From assembly GCF_006345805.1 (NCBI RefSeq), contig NW_021834028.1:1-27236 (forward strand): a DNA stretch of 27,236 nucleotides, in the 5' to 3' direction. The notes under the pieces are model-generated. The model saw only the letters and a program-made list of their open reading frames with translations. It searched no databases and was not told where the DNA came from. A program made the translations under genes and the position numbers. The stretch is from Octopus sinensis (taxonomy: Eukaryota). This document shows positions 22,198 to 27,236 of the stretch, piece after piece. Every line of letters starts with the position of its first letter. Position 1 is the stretch's first letter.

Positions 22198-22493
22198 CAG
22201 GTCCTGTACTTGTAGTAGAGGGAATTAATTAAATTCCATTCCTCATGCCTATAGTAGAAAGAAATACAAAACTTACAAGACGTCGATTATATATTAGTAT
22301 GATGTTATTGCACTAGTCATTATCGTAATAAATATTGTTCTGTGATAAAGGGATTGAAAACCGCGAACAATAAAGAATAGGAAGGGGACCAGTGAAGACG
22401 ACAACAGTGAGATTCCAGCTGTATTTTCACAAACAACTTGAACTACATTAAAAGCCTATCCCCAGTACATATATTGGTTTCGATGTATGTGTT

Positions 22494-22656
22494 GGGGAAG
22501 GGGCAAGTCAGTTACATCGATCAAAGTGCTTAACTGGTACTTATTTTATCGATTCCCTAAAAAGTGAAAGGCAAAGTCGACTTCGGTGGAATTTGAACTC
22601 GTACCAAAAAGACAGACGAAATACCACTAAGCAAACGATTCTGCCAGCTCACCACC
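22494..22656 (-). mobile_element. SINE family B, diverged
   Basis: ggcaaagtcgacttcggtggaatttgaactc ... acgattctgccagctcaccacc is the reverse complement of the family B head. Confidence 0.85.
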
Positions 22657-22730
22657 TTCATATATTAACCTCACAAATTTTTTTACAAATAAATCTACTC
22701 TAGGTACATATATATGCACACGCGTTTATA

Positions 22731-23264
22731 TTGGGTTGTCCGGAAAGTTCGTGCCTATTTTTAAAGAAAAGAAAAAGGTCAATGAATACTTGCCATTACA
22801 TTTTAATCAACCAAATATGAACCATTTTGTTGCACAATGCGTCTCCATCTTTCCTTTAACTTGAAAATACCCTCTTCCCAGAACTGAGGTGGTTTCATGA
22901 CAAAGAATTCATCAAGGTATCTTTTTACGTCATCCAAGGAATTGAAATTTTTACCATTAAGACTATTCTGCAGAGACCTGAATAAGTGGAAATCCGAAGG
23001 AGGAATATCTGGTGAATATGGAGGGTGGGGTAACACATCCCAGCTGAGCTGCAGCAATTTTTGTCTGGTTCTTATCTTCTATTTTAAAGGATTACAGAAT
23101 TAACACAGGTTATTGGAACATAAACCTTCTTCCACGAAAAGATAGCTTAAACTGTGCTCTAAATGGAGGTGTAGTCAAACCCTATTTTATGGACTCAACC
23201 ATGTTCTAAAATAAGTTGAAAGGTAAGCTACAATAAATCGGCACGAACTTTCCGGACAACCCAA
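22731..23264 (-). mobile_element. Internally deleted mariner transposon, 534 bp
   Basis: 30-bp TIRs TTGGGTTGTCCGGAAAGTTCGTGCC(G/T)ATTT with one mismatch; TA on both sides. Confidence 0.96.
22803..23069 (-). pseudogene. Mariner transposase C-terminal fragment
   Basis: TRQKLLQLSWDVLPHPPYSPDIPPSDFHLFRSL...EGIFKLKERWRRIVQQNGSYLVD*; YSPD motif and third catalytic Asp present. Confidence 0.93.
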
Positions 23265-23332
23265 TATAAGCGTTTATATCTATCTACGTGTCTTCATGTA
23301 AACATTCATTTAAACAGTACTTCATATAAATA

Positions 23333-23545
23333 CAGGGGTGAGCAAAAGTTGCTTAATATGAGTGGAATGTTCTTTCCATTCAAAGCCCCTAGAAATTTTT
23401 TTAAATGGCTGCCAATAGACTAGGCATCTCCTGCAGATGACTTAGTCGCCTTATGAATCGCTTAGGTTTAAAAGAAGAAAAAGAGAAATCGAACGAACGT
23501 CCCACTCATATTAAGCAACTCTATACCTACTTTTGCCCAATCCTG
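23333..23545. mobile_element. Tc1/mariner-superfamily MITE, 213 bp
   Basis: TA|CAGGGGTGAGCAAAAGT... and ...ACTTTTGCCCAATCCTG|TA; TIR of ~50-60 bp containing TGCTTAATATGAGTGG; left TIR lacks 10 bp. Confidence 0.88.
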
Positions 23546-25510
23546 TATATAATCGTATGAATATATACAATATCGCTGCACTCGCCCATGGCTTTTCTGT
23601 CAAATATGAGTAAATAATGTATCACTGCTTTCGTGACGGTGTTTCTGAAAGATCTACTGATATAGTAGGCTTCTAATTCTTTTTCTTTTAAACTGATTTA
23701 AGTGTTTTTCTGTGGTTATGACGCCCTGATGTATAACACAGTAACTCAGGCATTGTGTATCCAAAGGACACAAATCAGTGACTCGGAAATTACAGTTACT
23801 TTCTCTTTGGTGTGTATCGATTTAAAGAATTCTGTAGAAACGAAATAACTTGTTTTATAATGTTCTTGTCATATAATTTAAGAAGTATGTTGTCTTTTAG
23901 AAACGCTTCTTGGTTAAACAACGCGTTCGTTCTGGGTGGGGGATTGCACACGGTCATATTTTTCGCTTTGTTTTACCGGGTGTTTGATATTGGCGGTGGA
24001 CGACTAACACATTATTGTCTTTTGTTGCTTTTTTCTTTTTTTTCTTTTTTGTTGTTTGTGTTGCATGAGTAATTGGCTGTACCTGAAAAATATCGCTTTA
24101 TCAAAAGAGAGGCAGATTTGTACCTTAGATTAATGCTATAGGTATTTATTTAATAAAGTTTTCTCAGTGTTCCGAATTCGAATGTATTTATAAATTGATG
24201 TTTACAGTGTGTGTGCGTGCGGGTATTTATGTGAATAGTTTATTAGAAGCTAGAACATAAAAAAATTGTTACTCTGAGCACTCGTTGCCGATCGTCAGAC
24301 GATCATAAATAATGAAACGTAGAACTTAATATGGAAGAACAAAGTAAACCTAACAAGCGCTAGTTGGTTAACGGTGAGGTTTATGATAGTAACTGAAAGC
24401 TTTAGAGAAACAATCCGCTTAGTAGACAATTACTGGGAATATGCAGTTACAAGCAGAAGAGTCTATATTATTGCTATTAGATATTTTTGGTGTTTAAATT
24501 GTTGGTGGTATTTGCGAAGTTCTTACAAAAGCAGAGTTGGCCTTATCCGTTTTCCTTAAAAAAAAAGTTCATATTTATTATTTACTGTGGAATAAAAAGA
24601 AATGAAATTTAAAAAGTTTATAGCAATATAGGAACGAACGTTTTTCAGTATCTCCGGATAATACCATAGAATAATTCTTAGCCTAGTTTTATACCCGGAC
24701 ACATTGATGCGAATCACATTGTGCACTTCATCTTACATTAGATAACTGAATCTTTAATTTTGTATGGAGATTGCTTGTATCCTTATTTATATATAAAGAT
24801 TTCATTAAGTTTCTCCATCATGACTGAATGTATTCATCTCAAACTTTTAAGTAACACGCGAAAAAATAATTAAACTATGATCAGTGTAAAACAAAGTTCT
24901 TAAACCTACTTAAAATAATTCTCTAAAGGCCCATTTTTCTTTTAATATATCTAGAGTGTGGCTATTCGTATTAAATGAAACTATAAAGTCAACATTTCTT
25001 TTTATGCCTTCATTCAAAATAGAGATCCTTATATGAAAGACGTGCAGAGTATATATTTCAGTAATTTTGCATAATTCAACCTTTTCATACACCCCCATGG
25101 AGAAATAACACATAGAGTAGAGTTATATATAAAGATTTTCGTTGAGTGCATAATGATCCTTTATTGATGCTATGTTACTTTAAAGCCTCACGAAGAAGAA
25201 ATTTAGCTATGGAAGAATAAAAATCTAGGATATCAAATTGCAGGAACTTGCGATGTTATTTCTCATTAATAACGATAACCGATTCAATTACAAACGTGTT
25301 GTTATTCCTTTTGGAATAGAACAAGCATTTTCTGTTCTAAACAAGATGGAATTTAAGATGTAGTAGCTAACTATCGTTCTCAACAGATTTAGTTAACTCG
25401 CAGTTAAGTACATCCATCTACATATCTTTTATCTTTTTCTTGTTTAAGCTATAGCTGGGGCAAGGCCTTAAAAATTTAATCCAACCTGATTAATTTTACT
25501 TTTTTTTTTT

Positions 25511-25620
25511 GAAGCCAGATAATTATTCTATCGGTCTCTAATTGCTATGTTACGGGGTACAAACAAACCAACAAGAGGTTGGAGGACAAACACAAAAACA
25601 CACAACCACACACACAAATG

Positions 25621-25693
<73 letters not shown>

Positions 25694-25988
25694 ATATAGA
25701 ATAAACCTTTACATATATAAATAACGTGAAATACACGAAGGGACAAACATAAGAGACAGACGGGTCATTCAAAGCCTTCGTTCTTCAGTCAGAAATCGAT
25801 TCATCATCGCAGATTTCGGCTGTTTAATTCTGAGATCTGCTCTGAATCGGCCAGCCCCAGAAGGAAAGAATGCAACGCAACAGAGACGAACATGAAACGA
25901 AATAAAACTTTTTTGAAGACAGTAACGGTTAAAAACAAGGATGACACAGGCGCCCTACGGCTTTGAGACAAAAGAAGACACAAAAGCA

Positions 25989-26021
<33 letters not shown>

Positions 26022-26173
26022 GGGCTTCTTTCAGTTTCCATCTACTAAATCTATTCACAAGGCCATGGCCAGCCCGGTGCTATAGAATGATACACTCACC
26101 CAAGGTGTCACACAGTGGGATTGAACCAGGAACTGTGTGGTTTGGAAGCAAACCTCTTACTACACAGCCATGC
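25511..26173 (-). mobile_element. SINE family A, diverged and interrupted
   Basis: 25511-25625 and 26017-26173 match family A halves; a non-microsatellite insert lies between them. Confidence 0.8.
25720..25990. mobile_element. Unclassified insertion inside the SINE A central microsatellite
   Basis: ~270 bp of complex sequence bounded by (TA)n on both sides within the SINE. Confidence 0.5.
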
Positions 26174-26174
26174 T

Positions 26175-26230
<56 letters not shown>

Positions 26231-26249
26231 ATATATATATATATATATA

Positions 26250-26290
<41 letters not shown>

Positions 26291-26386
26291 GATATATATA
26301 TACGTATGTATATATGCACGTGTGTGTGTGTATTACGAATATATATATTCACACACACACCACACGCTCATACTCACACACGCGCG

Positions 26387-26421
<35 letters not shown>

Positions 26422-26480
26422 GCATATAATGTATAATAATGTATGCGTATGCGTGTTTGTATGTATTTGTGCGTGCGCGC
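26175..26480. repeat. (TA)n/(CA)n/(TG)n compound microsatellite
   Basis: Directly visible. Confidence 0.95.
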
Positions 26481-27236
26481 ATGAAAACGAGATTTGTCTC
26501 TACAGAATAGGAATTATGAAGAATGGGTTTGGGGGTTGAAATACACCTGGATCTTAAAACGAATTGCAAAATGCCATACCGATTGCAACATTTTTTCTTA
26601 TGAATGGTAAATATAAAACTCTATTTAAAAAAAAAAAGAGAGAGATAAAAGTTTGAAGGAAAGAGAATGCACAAGAGAACGTTCTAATGCGATAATACAT
26701 GCACGAAAAATTAAATATGTAGTAGGTTTCATAGTAAAATTATATGGTGAAACATGACGTATTTAATAAGTTACAAAGTAATAGAAAATTATGAAATTAT
26801 GAAATGTTCGATAAATTTCATAACAAATACACGACAGAAATTTGAAAGTTCTGTAGGTTTCAAAGCAATAGTTTCAATTAGCAATTAGATACGAAAATTC
26901 AAAAAATATAAAAATGTTTTACAAATTCTGCTGAAGTGTGAGAATTGCTCATTGCTTGCTTTTCTCGTTAAACTTAAACTATAATTCAGATCGATATTGC
27001 TTTGTATATGTAGGACTTTTAAGACATAGATTCTATTCCTGATTGGCTGCTTACCCAAAGTTATCACCAAACACGTTTAATCGCTATGGAATTTTCTCCC
27101 GCATATTCTCTTTCTTTTAAACTTTTTATCTTTTGGAGGAAATAGCTGTGTCCTTATAGTATCCAAACATGTAGAACGTTTTTGCTCTCTCTCTCTCCTT
27201 TCTCTCTCTCTCTCCTTTCTCTCTCTCTCTCCTTTC

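Noticed and set aside
24283-24325. Palindrome GATCGTC-A-GACGATC with downstream GAAAC
   Set aside because: Hammerhead core is incomplete and the palindrome is short enough to be chance.
610-26569. Many ORFs rich in Y/I/H/T or M/Y/V/C
   Set aside because: They are translations of (TA)n, (CATA)n and (CA)n microsatellites, which lack stop codons in some frames.
27048-27085. Minus-strand GTAAGC donor suggesting a small exon
   Set aside because: No polypyrimidine acceptor and no supporting reading frame.

Overview
AT-rich, repeat-dominated eukaryotic DNA, most likely intergenic or intronic sequence from an octopus (coleoid cephalopod). That assignment is from recall of the SINE families and the (TA)n/(CATA)n/(CA)n load, not a database search. 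I find no intact protein-coding gene, true tRNA/rRNA gene or CRISPR array, and most ORF-track entries are translated microsatellites. The window holds: (i) four truncated copies of an R4/Dong-like restriction-like-endonuclease LINE in two head-to-tail pairs, with (CATA)n at most junctions and one copy flanked by an 11-bp direct repeat; (ii) a Tc1 DD34E transposase pseudogene with an IR/DR-like right end, an internally deleted mariner with 30-bp TIRs, and several MITE-like palindromes; (iii) about 15 tRNA-derived SINE copies in four working families (my labels A-D) that share modules and nest in each other; (iv) a ~627-bp local duplication and a 186-bp templated insertion; (v) weak RTE, Helitron and hAT remnants. 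The most interesting lead is apparent (CATA)n target preference of the R4/Dong-like LINE. I see no evidence for a novel multi-gene system. All alignments were done by eye.
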